NCBI GenBank assembly: GCA_963804955.1
Contig: CAWDSQ010000026.1
Location: 147,426-211,425, forward strand
DNA length: 64,000 nucleotides
From: an uncultured delta proteobacterium
GTDB taxonomy: Bacteria; Desulfobacterota; WTBG01; CAIYCZ01; CAIRTM01
Direction of reading: 5' to 3'
The notes beneath the pieces were generated by a model. That model ran no database searches. It was given only the letters and a program-made list of their open reading frames with translations, and was not told where the DNA came from. The position numbers and the translations under genes were made by a program. Positions 49,756-60,606 of the stretch are shown piece after piece. The first letter of the stretch is position 1. Each line of letters opens with the position of its first letter.

Positions 49756-50331
49756 ATGAAAGCACGTACAAAAAAGAACATGTTTGCAACAGTGTTGTCA
49801 GTTTTTTTCGGCCTGACTCTAGCGCTGTCCGGCGCGTTAGCACAAAGTACATTCAACAAATCTGCTGCCCAGATCGACGGAGACGCCGACAAGACGCTGC
49901 AGCGTTTCTATAAAGAGGTCAACGGCGCAAAAGAGTTTGCCTCCTCAGCCAAAGCCCTCCTTATTATGTCCGGGGTTACCAAGGCAGGCTTCATTGCCGG
50001 CGGGACCTACGGCCAGGGCGCGCTTCGCGCTGGGGGAAATACGGCGGGGTACTACAATCTTGTCGCCGGGTCCTATGGATTCACTATTGGCGCACAACAG
50101 ATGGATATTATCATTGCCTTCATGACCCAGGAGGCGCTCAGCCAGTTCAAAAGCGTTGATGGCTGGGAAGCAGGGGTGACCGCCAATGTAGCGCTTGTTG
50201 ACGTTGGCGGCGGCAAGCGCCTCGACACCACTTCGTTACAGGACCCGGTCGTAGCTTTTGTTTTTGATCCTAAGGGCCTCATGTTTGACGTATCCCTGAA
50301 GGGAGCGAAGTTCACGAAGCTCAAGAAGTAA
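49756..50331 (+). CDS. Ysc84/SYLF-domain exported protein
   Basis: KAGFIAGG.YG.G, S.G...GAQ, KGLM.D.SL.G.KF. Confidence 0.88.
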   Translation: MKARTKKNMFATVLSVFFGLTLALSGALAQSTFNKSAAQIDGDADKTLQRFYKEVNGAKEFASSAKALLIMSGVTKAGFIAGGTYGQGALRAGGNTAGYYNLVAGSYGFTIGAQQMDIIIAFMTQEALSQFKSVDGWEAGVTANVALVDVGGGKRLDTTSLQDPVVAFVFDPKGLMFDVSLKGAKFTKLKK

Positions 50332-50389
50332 AGCTTCCCGCAGGAGTGTCGCAAATAACCAGTAACCAAAGTTGATCGGAGGTACTACC

Positions 50390-50569
50390 ATGCAATCAAG
50401 CACTAAAGACAACGCGCAAGGAAAGATGCACAAGGCGAAAGGCAGTATCAAGGAGGCAGCGGGGAAAATTGTCGGGAATCGCGACCTGGAAGCCGAAGGC
50501 AAAGTCGAAAATGCAGCCGGTAAAGTTCAAGAAAAAATCGGCCAGGTCAAAAAAGTGATGGGCAAGTAA
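50390..50569 (+). CDS. CsbD-family stress protein
   Basis: KG.IKEAAGK..GN.DLEAEGK.E...GKVQ.KIG. Confidence 0.92.
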   Translation: MQSSTKDNAQGKMHKAKGSIKEAAGKIVGNRDLEAEGKVENAAGKVQEKIGQVKKVMGK

Positions 50570-50644
50570 AAGGGTTCTTATTGAAATTATCCCATAGAAG
50601 AAGCCCGAAAGTATGATCGCACCTTTAAAGGAAGGAGGAGCGAA

Positions 50645-51211
50645 ATGAAGAACGCCCGTTTTTTAACTGTATTCGCGGTGTTTGCAGTAGCCTTGTTATC
50701 GGGCTGCGCCACTCTGCCGCAAACATGGCCGAATTATGAAAGAAGTGCAGAGAACAAGATGGTTGTAATCCAGGAAAAGATTGGAGATGGGCTGAAAACC
50801 AATGCGCTTTCCCCTGATCAGACTCAAATGTTCCTGTCGACGCTGAAGGGCATTCGGACAGACTATGAGCTGCTTAGAAACAAAAGGGTTTATCGGGAGG
50901 AATGGGACAGGCTTAATGAAAGGCTTGATGCGCTTGGAGACGAGATCAATCGACCGCTTGCCCGGCCAGCAAGAATCGAAGAGCCAAGGAATGGGGACAG
51001 GATTGTCACGCTCCAAAGGAGAATTGATGATGGAAGAATCAGAGGGCGCTTGTCTTCGACGGAGGAGCAGGAGTTTCAATCCAGGTTGGACTCCATTCGG
51101 CGCGAGTATTTGAGGATGACGGAGGGAGGCAGATACTCCACGTACCAGGAGAGATCAGACATTTCCCGCAGGCTCGATTCACTGGAAACGGATCTCAATC
51201 GGTTCCGATAG
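50645..51211 (+). CDS. hypothetical helical lipoprotein with internal repeat
   Basis: lipobox LSGC; two (LQ.RI.DG...G.L...E...F...L..IR) units. Confidence 0.75.
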   Translation: MKNARFLTVFAVFAVALLSGCATLPQTWPNYERSAENKMVVIQEKIGDGLKTNALSPDQTQMFLSTLKGIRTDYELLRNKRVYREEWDRLNERLDALGDEINRPLARPARIEEPRNGDRIVTLQRRIDDGRIRGRLSSTEEQEFQSRLDSIRREYLRMTEGGRYSTYQERSDISRRLDSLETDLNRFR

Positions 51212-51649
51212 AATTTCTCAGCCGACTACAGACAAAGCTGGGTAAAAGACAGAATGAACCCATTAAGATAATCGCAGATATTTAGTCTGATGGGTGTGGA
51301 GAGCAGTTACATCGGGGATGGGTTACGCCCCCCTCCCCTGCCGGAAACAGTCATTGTTACTAACATTGAAACGCAGCAGTGTAACAGTATTGAAACCAGC
51401 TATACAACTGAAAGCAAACCTGCACTGGCATGTTAACAATTTGTACTGAGCAATGAGAAATCTGGTGGCGCTGATTCGAATTAATTTGTTTAGTCGCCGT
51501 GTTGAATGGGCATGGTGTTGAATCCATTTTGAAAATCAATGCCCACGTCACACTCATTACCCATGTTTGACATAATAAATTAATTTGTGCAGCACGGGCT
51601 CCCGCACTGTGCGCGGAAAGAAAAAAAAGATTTTTCATTGGAGGTGGCT

Positions 51650-52936
51650 ATGCAGTTTAAAATATCGTTGTATATCCTTTTACTGGTTGGTTGTATGTTG
51701 CTCCCCGGTACTGCCATCGGAGCGCAGTGGGGAGATTTTACGTATGAGGAAGCAGGCGGCAGTATTACCATCACAGGCTATACCTGCCCGGGTGGCGCTG
51801 CTGTAATTCCGGACGTAATTGACGGAAAACAGGTTATAACAATTGGAAGCGAGGCGTTCAGTGACTGCACCGGTTTGACAGAAGTGACTATACCGGGCAG
51901 CATTACGAGTATTGAGTATGATGCATTTTTTAATTGCACCGGCTTAACCAGCGTGATCATTCCGGGCAGCGTTAAGAGCATGGGTTATTGCGCATTTCAT
52001 GGCTGCACCGCCCTGACCAGCGTGACCATACTGGATGGAGCTACGACCATTGGGTATAATGCATTTAAGGGATGCACGAGCTTGTCCAGCGTGTCGATTC
52101 CTGACAGCGTAACAGGCATTGGAGCCTCTGCGTTTGAAGGCTGCACCAGTTTGACCGGCATCAACCTGCCAAACAGCTTAAGAAGCATTCCAACCAGCAT
52201 GTTGTATAATTGCCCCGGTTTGAGCAGTGTGACCATTCCTGAAAGTGTTACGAGCATTGGGAACTATGCATTTACACGTTGCAACGGATTGAGCAGTGTG
52301 ACCATACCGGACAGCGTAACGGGTATCGGGATTTCTGCATTTAATGGTTGCAGAGGTTTGACCAGCGTCAAAATAGGCAGAAGCGTTACGACCATTGAAA
52401 AATATGCGTTTTATAACTGCACAGGATTGGCTTCCGCATTTTTTTACGGGAATGCTCCGGTGGTGATGGGGGATTTTGTTTTTGACAACTGTGCAAGCGG
52501 TTTTACCGTTTATTATAGTGCCGAAGCCACAGGGTTTACAAATCCCTGGTATGGCTATCCTACCGCGGTGTTTGACCCGTCAGCATCAACAACGACCAGC
52601 ATTGTGGCGACCACAACCACCAGTATTGACTCGGCTACAACAACATCCGTCGTGACAAGCACAACCAGCACACCCACAGGCGCGCCGTGCCCGGCACAAA
52701 ACTTACTGGGTGAGGATACTCAGAGCCTTGAAAAGCTGCGTACTTTGCGTGACGGACCCCTTGCCAACAGCGCAGCTGGCCGCATGGTTACACATATGTA
52801 TTACAAAAATGCCGACAGCATCAATGCCGCCATTGATCGCAGTCCGGCCTTGCAGGCTTTTGCGCGAAAATTTTTTAAAACCGTTGCATCGCAGATGCAA
52901 AAAAAGAAATTAATTATATGCACCCCGACTTATTGA
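51650..52936 (+). CDS. BspA-like leucine-rich-repeat surface protein with Thr linker and CFI-box-CTERM-like tail
   Basis: 23-aa CTGLTSVTIPxSVTSIGxxAF repeats; C-terminal CP...LRTLRD..L....GR....YY. Confidence 0.88.
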   Translation: MQFKISLYILLLVGCMLLPGTAIGAQWGDFTYEEAGGSITITGYTCPGGAAVIPDVIDGKQVITIGSEAFSDCTGLTEVTIPGSITSIEYDAFFNCTGLTSVIIPGSVKSMGYCAFHGCTALTSVTILDGATTIGYNAFKGCTSLSSVSIPDSVTGIGASAFEGCTSLTGINLPNSLRSIPTSMLYNCPGLSSVTIPESVTSIGNYAFTRCNGLSSVTIPDSVTGIGISAFNGCRGLTSVKIGRSVTTIEKYAFYNCTGLASAFFYGNAPVVMGDFVFDNCASGFTVYYSAEATGFTNPWYGYPTAVFDPSASTTTSIVATTTTSIDSATTTSVVTSTTSTPTGAPCPAQNLLGEDTQSLEKLRTLRDGPLANSAAGRMVTHMYYKNADSINAAIDRSPALQAFARKFFKTVASQMQKKKLIICTPTY

Positions 52937-52950
52937 AAAAGGAGGTACCT

Positions 52951-53148
52951 ATGAAAAAATCGATCGTAACAATTTTAAAAACGAGCATGTCTGTGATGGT
53001 TGCTCTGATGTTTCTCGTAACCATCTCAGGTTGCGGTAAGGAAGACGGGCCCATGGAAAAAACGGGCAAAAAGGTCGATCAAAGCATTGATAAAGGTAAA
53101 GATGCAATGAATGATGCCGCAGATAAAGCCACGGAGAAGAATAAGTAA
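52951..53148 (+). CDS. small lipoprotein
   Basis: ISGC lipobox; GPMEKTGKKVDQ; GGAGG RBS. Confidence 0.8.
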   Translation: MKKSIVTILKTSMSVMVALMFLVTISGCGKEDGPMEKTGKKVDQSIDKGKDAMNDAADKATEKNK

Positions 53149-53309
53149 TCAAGTTTGCAGGGTTGAGGGGCGGTTGCTGCGCACCTGTCCTAAAAACCCC
53201 TGCCATCTGTATAGGAGGATCTACGCAGGGAATATCAGGCAGCATCGAGTATCTTATTAATTTCAGAAAAGGAAAATTTTTTTAGACACTATTGAGAAGG
53301 AGGATCGAT

Positions 53310-53465
53310 ATGCTCGGAACAATTTTAATAGTTATTCTGGTTTTGATGCTGGTGGGAGCAATCCCCGCCTGGCCGCACAGCAAACAATGGGGGTACTACC
53401 CCAGCAGCGGCATTGGATTGGTCCTTCTGGTTTTAGTCATTCTGCTACTGATGGGCAGAATTTAA
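53310..53465 (+). CDS. DUF3309-family small membrane protein
   Basis: MLGTILIVILVLMLVGAIPAWPHSKQWGYYPSSG; AGGAGG RBS; below ORF-track cutoff. Confidence 0.9.
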   Translation: MLGTILIVILVLMLVGAIPAWPHSKQWGYYPSSGIGLVLLVLVILLLMGRI

Positions 53466-53681
53466 TATCTGATCACTGGCCGAACCTGTTTGGTATCACG
53501 CGTCGCAGAAACCGCCAGGCTCGAACTGCTCAGAGATAGCAGAAGGAATAGGGCGGTAAGAGCTAATTTAAGGGAAACGCCTCAAAAACATAATAAGAAA
53601 CAAGCACTGCCATTGAGCAAGTGTTTATACTTTGATTTCAAACGTCACAATAATGCGGTCTTCTGCCGCCGGGGAGATACA

Positions 53682-54392
53682 ATGACGAACAGCTACATCG
53701 TGTTGCTGGCAGCGGCCCTCCTTTTAGGGGCTTTAGGTGCACCAGGGGGTTTGAAAGAAGCCTCGGCACAGGTACAGGTCAACATTAATATCGTTGAACC
53801 TCCGCCTTTGCAATTTGCCTCACCGCCTGCTGTTTACGTTATTCCCAGTGGAAGAAGCTATGTCTATATGGTGCCGGATTACGATGGCGTCTATTTCTAC
53901 GGTGGCAACTGGTACAGGTTTTATAATAACCACTGGTTCCGGTCTTCCCACTACAACCAGCGCTGGGACTATATCGAGACGTCTATGGTTCCGCAGGTCA
54001 TCATTGTGGTACCCCCGGAATATATTCACTACGTACCATCAGGATATCACCGGATACACTACGACGACTTACACAGCAACTGGCAGTCATGGGATGAAAG
54101 ACGGCATTGGGACAGCTATGACTGGTATCAGAATGAGAGAAGGGATGATACACGGCGAGAACGGCATAATTATATTCAAAGGGATCGCCAACAGCGGGGT
54201 GCTCAGTCTCCGCAGCATCAACAAGTTCAGGGGCATCAGCAGCAGAATATCCAGAAGTCGCAAAAGCAACATATTCAAAAGCAGCCAAAACAGAATAGCC
54301 AAAAGCAAAAAAATTCAAATGATCAAAAACAGCAGAAGCACGATGGCCAGAAACAGCAGCAAGGAGAAAAAGAACACGGGGGAAATAAATGA
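53682..54392 (+). CDS. exported protein with aromatic-rich core and Gln/Lys-rich disordered tail
   Basis: signal peptide, V.VNINI.EPPP, YFYGG.WY; QKQ/QQQ tail. Confidence 0.75.
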   Translation: MTNSYIVLLAAALLLGALGAPGGLKEASAQVQVNINIVEPPPLQFASPPAVYVIPSGRSYVYMVPDYDGVYFYGGNWYRFYNNHWFRSSHYNQRWDYIETSMVPQVIIVVPPEYIHYVPSGYHRIHYDDLHSNWQSWDERRHWDSYDWYQNERRDDTRRERHNYIQRDRQQRGAQSPQHQQVQGHQQQNIQKSQKQHIQKQPKQNSQKQKNSNDQKQQKHDGQKQQQGEKEHGGNK

Positions 54393-54512
54393 AATGCCCG
54401 GGGCCAGGTGCTTTAAATTGCATGAAAATAGACTTTCAAAATCACAATTACAAAAACTGCTTATCATGGGCATCATAATTGTGCAGTGCTAAGTAGCAGC
54501 AAGGAGACACAC

Positions 54513-54824
54513 ATGAATGCAAAGCTTTTATTATGTTCATTGAAAAGAATGCTCCGGATTAGAAATGTAAAAAATACCGGCTTTAGCATTTTACCGTATG
54601 TTTTTTGTGCCCTGCTGCTCCTGACAAGTTCCTGTTTTTGGAAGTTTGACAGAGATGGATCGCACGACGGGCATGACCGTGACCAGCATCATGAACACGA
54701 AAGAAAAAATCTACGGCATGAAAGAGAACGTCAGGGCATGAATTTAAAACAGGGGGACTTCATCCACAATGACGGAATGGAAGAGTACGGTCAAAACAAC
54801 CGGAATAAGACACGGGAGCAGTAG
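54513..54824 (+). CDS. small putative lipoprotein with His/charged tail
   Basis: LLLLTSSC; HDGHDRDQHHEHER; AGGAG RBS. Confidence 0.55.
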   Translation: MNAKLLLCSLKRMLRIRNVKNTGFSILPYVFCALLLLTSSCFWKFDRDGSHDGHDRDQHHEHERKNLRHERERQGMNLKQGDFIHNDGMEEYGQNNRNKTREQ

Positions 54825-54928
54825 CGGCGCAGTTATGAACAGGAACAGCAAAGACCGGTAAAAGGAAAGACAATAAACAGTCTATTATTATCTGCATTTC
54901 TTGGACAGTTTATACTTGAAAGGGAACT

Positions 54929-55885
54929 ATGCCACTGACATCAGGAATCGCAGCCGACACTAACTCCTTCCATAGTACACAGCCGGGCACTAATCGTCCG
55001 GTAGGGATACAAGGCCGGGAGACAAGGGCAGATGTATTGCCAAACGCATATTCACGAATGCCAAAGATTGCCGAGACAGGCAATGAAACGCGTGAAAAAA
55101 GAACGCTGAGGTATCAGCCCGGCGATCGTATCATCAAGGAGGGAGACTTCAGCATTTCGCTCTACCTCATCGTGAGCGGAACGGTCAGTATTTTAAAAAA
55201 GCTGCATGACGAAGAGGTGCTGCTGTTTGAACTTGGGCCCGGTGACGTTTTCGGAGAGATGGTTTTTAACGATTGCAACCATGCTCCGCGCACTGAATCG
55301 GCTGTGGCAAAAGATGCCGTGGAGGTAGAAGCATGGCATTACCTTGCACTGTGGCTTGACTACCAAAAAATGCGCCCGATTATACAGCTCCTTGCTGTCG
55401 ACATGCTGGGTAAAATTGAAAAAATAAGTGCGGTTCATAAACGTCTGAGCCTCGACAAAACCCCAAAGACTCATGACGCTTATGTGAACCTAACGGTGCA
55501 TGAGCCGTCATGCGCACTCAAGCTAGCCGATGGGGAACCGGCGGGCATGGAGTGGAAGGGCCTGATCGAGTACCGGATGCCGGACAATCCTGATCCTGCC
55601 TTGCTTCGTGCCACAGGAGTCGACATCGGTGAAGAATGGATACGGTTCGACATACCTGTTGCCAACATGAACCATGGCGCACATGTATTGGGAAGAATAG
55701 ATATGATGATCCATCTGTCCGGCGGCGCACCGGTTAAAGTATGGGGGGAGATAGTGAGCATATCCCGGGGGGCGATGGTTGGGCACACGGCTTGTCGAGT
55801 TCACTTCCGAGATTTGACACCCGAAGCTCACCAGAGAATCGAGACATTTTTAACAACCAGTCCCAGTCGAAAGGAAGGGGCATGA
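54929..55885 (+). CDS. cyclic-nucleotide-binding domain plus degenerate PilZ-like domain
   Basis: II.EGD....YLI.SG.V, GDVFGEM, PRTESA; C-terminal V.GEIV...V.F..L. Confidence 0.8.
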   Translation: MPLTSGIAADTNSFHSTQPGTNRPVGIQGRETRADVLPNAYSRMPKIAETGNETREKRTLRYQPGDRIIKEGDFSISLYLIVSGTVSILKKLHDEEVLLFELGPGDVFGEMVFNDCNHAPRTESAVAKDAVEVEAWHYLALWLDYQKMRPIIQLLAVDMLGKIEKISAVHKRLSLDKTPKTHDAYVNLTVHEPSCALKLADGEPAGMEWKGLIEYRMPDNPDPALLRATGVDIGEEWIRFDIPVANMNHGAHVLGRIDMMIHLSGGAPVKVWGEIVSISRGAMVGHTACRVHFRDLTPEAHQRIETFLTTSPSRKEGA

Positions 55886-56277
55886 AGTTACCGGAAAACA
55901 TTACCAGATGGGTAAGAATCAGGCTTACTTTCAAGCAGGGTCAGTCTATTTTTGAAGAAGGCAGCGAAGCCCGCTATATACTTCTTATCATGGAAGGCCG
56001 GGTGCGCATCAAAAAGAATACTCCCGGGGGTATAGTTACGCTTAAGATCCTTGAAAAAGGGCAAGTCATTGGAGAGACAAGTTTTTTTGACAAGCATGCA
56101 AAACTGCGCGCCACAGCCGCGGTTGCCGAGACCGATGTAGTGCTCGGGATGTTCAACCGGGAAGAGCTTGAACAGGAGCTTTCCCGAATTTCACCTGTCC
56201 AGCAGGACATATTGGCCGGTTTAGCACGCAAGATACGCCTCACCACAGCTACTGGCGCCCTTCTGGCAGGGAGTTAA
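55882..56277 (+). CDS. stand-alone cyclic-nucleotide-binding protein
   Basis: IFEEG, EGRV.I, GQVIGE, R.TAAVA; no HTH. Confidence 0.82.
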   Translation: MKLPENITRWVRIRLTFKQGQSIFEEGSEARYILLIMEGRVRIKKNTPGGIVTLKILEKGQVIGETSFFDKHAKLRATAAVAETDVVLGMFNREELEQELSRISPVQQDILAGLARKIRLTTATGALLAGS

Positions 56278-56518
56278 AAAAGAAGCAGCCAACAACTGAC
56301 CTTCAGGACAGGCTTCAATATGAGGCAACAAAGGAGTGGTAGAAAGCCGGTTGGGGATAAAGGCAACCGTTGTCCTCTTTTCTCAGTTTTCGAAGAGCAT
56401 AAAGGAGTCCCGTTATCCAGGAAAAGTTCACCAAGATGGCGCCGAAAGGATTCATGTTTTCACAAGAATCCTTATAACGAAATAAACTGACTTAACAGGT
56501 CAAACAGGTGGGTTGATA

Positions 56519-56947
56519 ATGGACATTATATATACAAAGCTGAAATTTCTTAACATAGTCGAGCGCGAACGGGCGCGGACATATCGAACAGGGAATTATT
56601 TCTCTATTATAACTTTCAATATAAATACATTAAAAAAAAATGAGGCCGGGGAAAAAACTTTTGGTGATCTTCTTGTAAAAAACACCAGGAATTATGACGA
56701 TATCGGTATTCTTGAAAAAAACTGCTTTGCCATACTATTGCCTGAGACTTCATGTGAACAGGCCCATAAGGTTGCCGATAGATTGTGCAGTACCGTTATA
56801 CCCGAAAGCCTGAATCCCACATCTACGGTTATTACCTCGCCATTCCATGGGGCGCCGGTAATCAGAGAGATCTGCAACATACGGCGACAGAGACGTCCGA
56901 ACAATTCCGCACCTGACGGCATGGGCAAATACGTATGGCAGCCTTAA
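56519..56947 (+). CDS. degenerate GGDEF-like domain, possibly the N-terminus of the downstream transferase
   Basis: E..R..R....FSII, R..DDIG, FAILLPET....A..VA.RL; no GGDEF motif. Confidence 0.65.
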   Translation: MDIIYTKLKFLNIVERERARTYRTGNYFSIITFNINTLKKNEAGEKTFGDLLVKNTRNYDDIGILEKNCFAILLPETSCEQAHKVADRLCSTVIPESLNPTSTVITSPFHGAPVIREICNIRRQRRPNNSAPDGMGKYVWQP

Positions 56948-56954
56948 ACAAAAC

Positions 56955-57635
56955 TTGAAAATGCCTGGAACCCATATGCCTCCATGGAAACGGATAATTG
57001 ATATACTTGGCGCTGCTGCCGGTTTGCTGCTGCTGCTGCCGGTTTGTGTGCTTATAGCAGCATATATAAAAAGCGTTTCCCCGGGCCCCGCTCTTTTCAC
57101 ACAGAAACGCGTTGGATTCCTCGGGAAAACGTTTATGTGCTTTAAGTTCCGGACCATGCATATCAATGCAACTACATCCGTCCATAATAATTATTTGAAG
57201 AAATTGATGGTTAGTGATGTCCCCATGGAAAAATTAGACAGTTATGATCCTCGTATTATTCCCTATGGCAAATTATTGCGCAAATCCGGTCTTGATGAGC
57301 TGCCGCAGCTGCTTAATGTGCTGTTTGGCGACATGAGTCTCATCGGGCCACGGCCCTGCATACCGTATGAGGCAGAGCAGTACCAGCATTGGCACCTAAA
57401 ACGCTTTGAAGCGGTTCCCGGTATTACCGGGCTGTGGCAGGTAAATGGAAAAAACAAGACGACATTCAATGCAATGATGCGCTTTGATATTAATTATGCA
57501 CTGAAGAAAAATATCATGACAGATACCGCCATATTGTTGAAAACCGTACCTGCCGTCTTTAAAATGGTTATGGAAAGGAACACCGTAAAAGAGGCAAGTA
57601 TGGGCAATGAAAAAGCATATGAGCTGGAACAGTAA
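56955..57635 (+). CDS. priming sugar transferase (polyprenyl-phosphate glycosylphosphotransferase)
   Basis: KRIIDI, SPGP..F.Q.RVG, KFRTM, DPR, LDELPQL.NV..GDMSLIGPRP, PGITGLWQV. Confidence 0.95.
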   Translation: MKMPGTHMPPWKRIIDILGAAAGLLLLLPVCVLIAAYIKSVSPGPALFTQKRVGFLGKTFMCFKFRTMHINATTSVHNNYLKKLMVSDVPMEKLDSYDPRIIPYGKLLRKSGLDELPQLLNVLFGDMSLIGPRPCIPYEAEQYQHWHLKRFEAVPGITGLWQVNGKNKTTFNAMMRFDINYALKKNIMTDTAILLKTVPAVFKMVMERNTVKEASMGNEKAYELEQ

Positions 57636-57782
57636 ACGGCTGCTCTCTCTGCTGCGGAGCCTTGATCTTGACCTTTTAAATTTGCGCCTGATGAAACAAC
57701 AGGGACTTTTATCGGCGAATATGCAAACAGGCAGTGGAATATGAACAGACTTTTATACAAAGTCTCGATCAAAGGAGTTATT

Positions 57783-59827
57783 ATGATTAAAAAGTGGAAT
57801 ACAAAAAAAATATTATTATATACATTAAAGTGCGCCAGCTTTCTTATATTATTCAGTATTCTTGCGCTAAGCCCTTCCCTTCCCGCCGCAGCATCAGCAG
57901 TAATCATAGCGGACCACACCGTCGTGGACCAGTACGAAAAAATACCGCCGTACTGGATAAATGAAGTCAAGAAAATGTGGCTGAACGTGCCGGGAGAGTC
58001 CCACTCGAGCGGCTATCGCATCGGCCTGCAGCTGCTGGCGCAGCAAAACAGCCTGTTTGCCGCAAGCATCACCGAGTCGGGCACCCCGGAGGGATACCGC
58101 ACCGATGCGCTGCGGGCCAGCCGGGCATCATGGGGCGATATTGCTCATGCGACGCTGTGGCGCTACAGCTATGGTGAGGAGGATTTCTGGACCAGCCAGC
58201 TTGCCGGTACCCGCACCAAAGCCCATCTCACCTATGCCAATACGAACAACCTGCCGATAGCGGCCTTCGGCTTTGGCTGGTGCTGGGATATGACCTGGCA
58301 CAATGGGCCGGGCGGCGCCGTTGATCCTGTGTATAAGGTGCGGTGGGCCGGTTCAAGCGTGGGCGGAGCCAGCGGCGACCTGCGCTGGGGGTCTTGATGA
58401 CGGCGACAATGCCCTCACGGGCAACACGCTGAATATGGATGATTATCTTGCCGCGGTTGAGGCCTATCGCGCGCACTGCGCAGCCGGCGGCTATCCGACA
58501 AAGGTCTTTTTCACCACGGGCCCGGTTGACGGGTATACGGGAGAGAGCGGGTATCAGCGGTATCTGAAGCATGAGCGCATCCGGCAGTATGTGCGGGCCG
58601 ATGGAACCCGTATCCTGTTTGATTATGCTGATATTCTCTGCTACAGCAACGCGGGCGCTCTCAATGAAGAAAGTTGGACGGACGGCAGCGGTGGGATGCA
58701 CCGGTTTCCCCATATACATCCCGACAATATGAAAGACCTGAACGGGGGCTATGTGGAGGACGGGGACCATATCGGCCAGGTCGGCACGGTGCGGCTGGCA
58801 AAGGCCCTGTGGTGGATGCTGGCCAGGATGGCCGGCTGGGACGGCCAGACTGGAGCCACAACAACAGTGCCGGCAACGACAACTGTGCCCGCAACCACCA
58901 CATCCGTGATGCCCGCAACAACCAGTGCCCCGACCACAACGACCACGCAGCCGCCGACCACAACCACGACGGTCGCTGCAGTCACTACCACGACAACAGT
59001 TCTTCCGGCCACCACGACGACAGTGCCGGTCGATAGTCCTTTAGAAGATACCGACACGGACGGCGTGCCTGACTTCAACGACAACTGCCCGGCTGTTGCC
59101 AACTCAGACCAGGCTGACCTTGACGGAGATGGAACAGGCGATGCCTGCGACAGCGACCTGGATGGCGACGGCATCCCCAATGATGCTGACACCGATGGAG
59201 CCGCGTCAGCTTTAACCGGCTACTGGAAATTTGATGAGGGCACCGGCGTTATAGCCGCAGATGCTTCCGGGTATTCGAACACGGGCCTCTTATTCAACAG
59301 CACCCAATGGTCTGAGGGAATAGCCGGCAGCGGTATACAGCTTGACGGCAGTGATGATTATGTAAGCCTTGGCCAGAGCATCTTTAACATCACCGCTGAA
59401 TTTACCGTAGCCGGCTGGGTACAGCTAAGCCAGCTACTGAGCAGCTATCAGACAATAATTCAGAAGGGTGACTATGTGTATCCGTTTATGATCCGCGTCT
59501 ACGGGGACAAAATACAAACCTGCGTCAGAACTACCAAAACCAATTATCTGGCTTCAAATACCAGGCTCAAGGCCGGCCTGTGGTATCATGTCGCCTTGAC
59601 CTACCGCAGCGGCGAATGGATCATCTATATTAACGGCAGTGAGGATGCCGTTGATGCCATAACAGGCAATCCCGAATTTCGGCGCCTCTGCAACAATAAC
59701 GACTATAGGCAGAACCCTTAAGGGAACTAACCCCTTGAAAGGCAAAGCTGACGATGTCCGCATATACAGCAGGGCTTTGACAGCTTATGAAATATTTGCC
59801 GTGTACAATGAAACATTATTGCAATAG
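57783..59827 (+). CDS. secreted multidomain protein: possible SGNH-like domain, Thr linker, thrombospondin type-3 repeats, LamG-like domain (frameshifts near 58390 and 59670)
   Basis: signal peptide; GESH...[51 protein letters not shown]. Confidence 0.82.
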
Positions 59828-59958
59828 CGCCATGACTGAAAATCAACTTACATTGACAGAATACATTGAATCAACTGAAGGAGATTAATACTATTAAAGT
59901 CAATTAATTAGCAACTGTCGGCTTGTAGGCTTTTGTAACTCAGCCGGTCGAAGGAGCT

Positions 59959-60228
59959 ATGCATAACGTCTTATTACTATACCGGGAGTTTCCTGATGCG
60001 TTTTGGAGCTTTAAGCACTCACGTGAGTTCATCAATAAAAAAGCAAGCTCCCCGCCCCTTGGGATTCTCACCGTCGAAGCCATGCTGCCGTGCAGTGGTC
60101 TAAAAAGCTTGTTGATATGCAATGTCTCCCGCCTCCCCGATGAAGACCTTGCCCGGGCTGATTATTTCTTCGGCAGGCACCTTAAAACATGGGGTCGCTT
60201 TCAATCATTGTTCTTTAACTTTTCATGA
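59959..60228 (+). pseudogene. N-terminal fragment of a B12-binding radical SAM protein (DUF4070 type)
   Basis: LLLY.EFPD.FWSFKH......KKA..PPLG.LTV.AMLP; similarity ends after about 70 aa, no CxxxCxxC domain follows. Confidence 0.75.
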
Positions 60229-60236
60229 GGTGCGCT

Positions 60237-60590
60237 ATGGAAATAAACAATCAGTCAGGTGGTACAACCGGAGACCACCCGGCGGAGTCTCAAGGTAAAG
60301 GTGAGTCAGCCGGCTTCGGGAAAGTCAACGATATTATTGCGGATACATTGCATACCGTTGCTGAGGTTATAGGTGAAAAAGCGGCAGAGCAGGACGTGCA
60401 ATCCGACATAGGCCGGTACGGAGAGCAGGTATCCGCGTGGCTGGACCAGGCAGCTGAGCACGTTCGGCAATTCGACTGCGAGCAGGCAGATGCCAGGGTC
60501 CGGGAGTACATCGGGCAGAACCCGGGGCGCAATCTCTTGATAGCAGGAGGCGTCGGCCTGATTATCGGAGCTGTTTTGCGGCGCAAATAA
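60237..60590 (+). CDS. YqjD/ElaB-like (DUF883) tail-anchored protein
   Basis: YI.QNPG..LLIA.GVGL.IG..LRR. Confidence 0.75.
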   Translation: MEINNQSGGTTGDHPAESQGKGESAGFGKVNDIIADTLHTVAEVIGEKAAEQDVQSDIGRYGEQVSAWLDQAAEHVRQFDCEQADARVREYIGQNPGRNLLIAGGVGLIIGAVLRRK

Positions 60591-60606
60591 GGAGGGGGTT
60601 TTGTTA

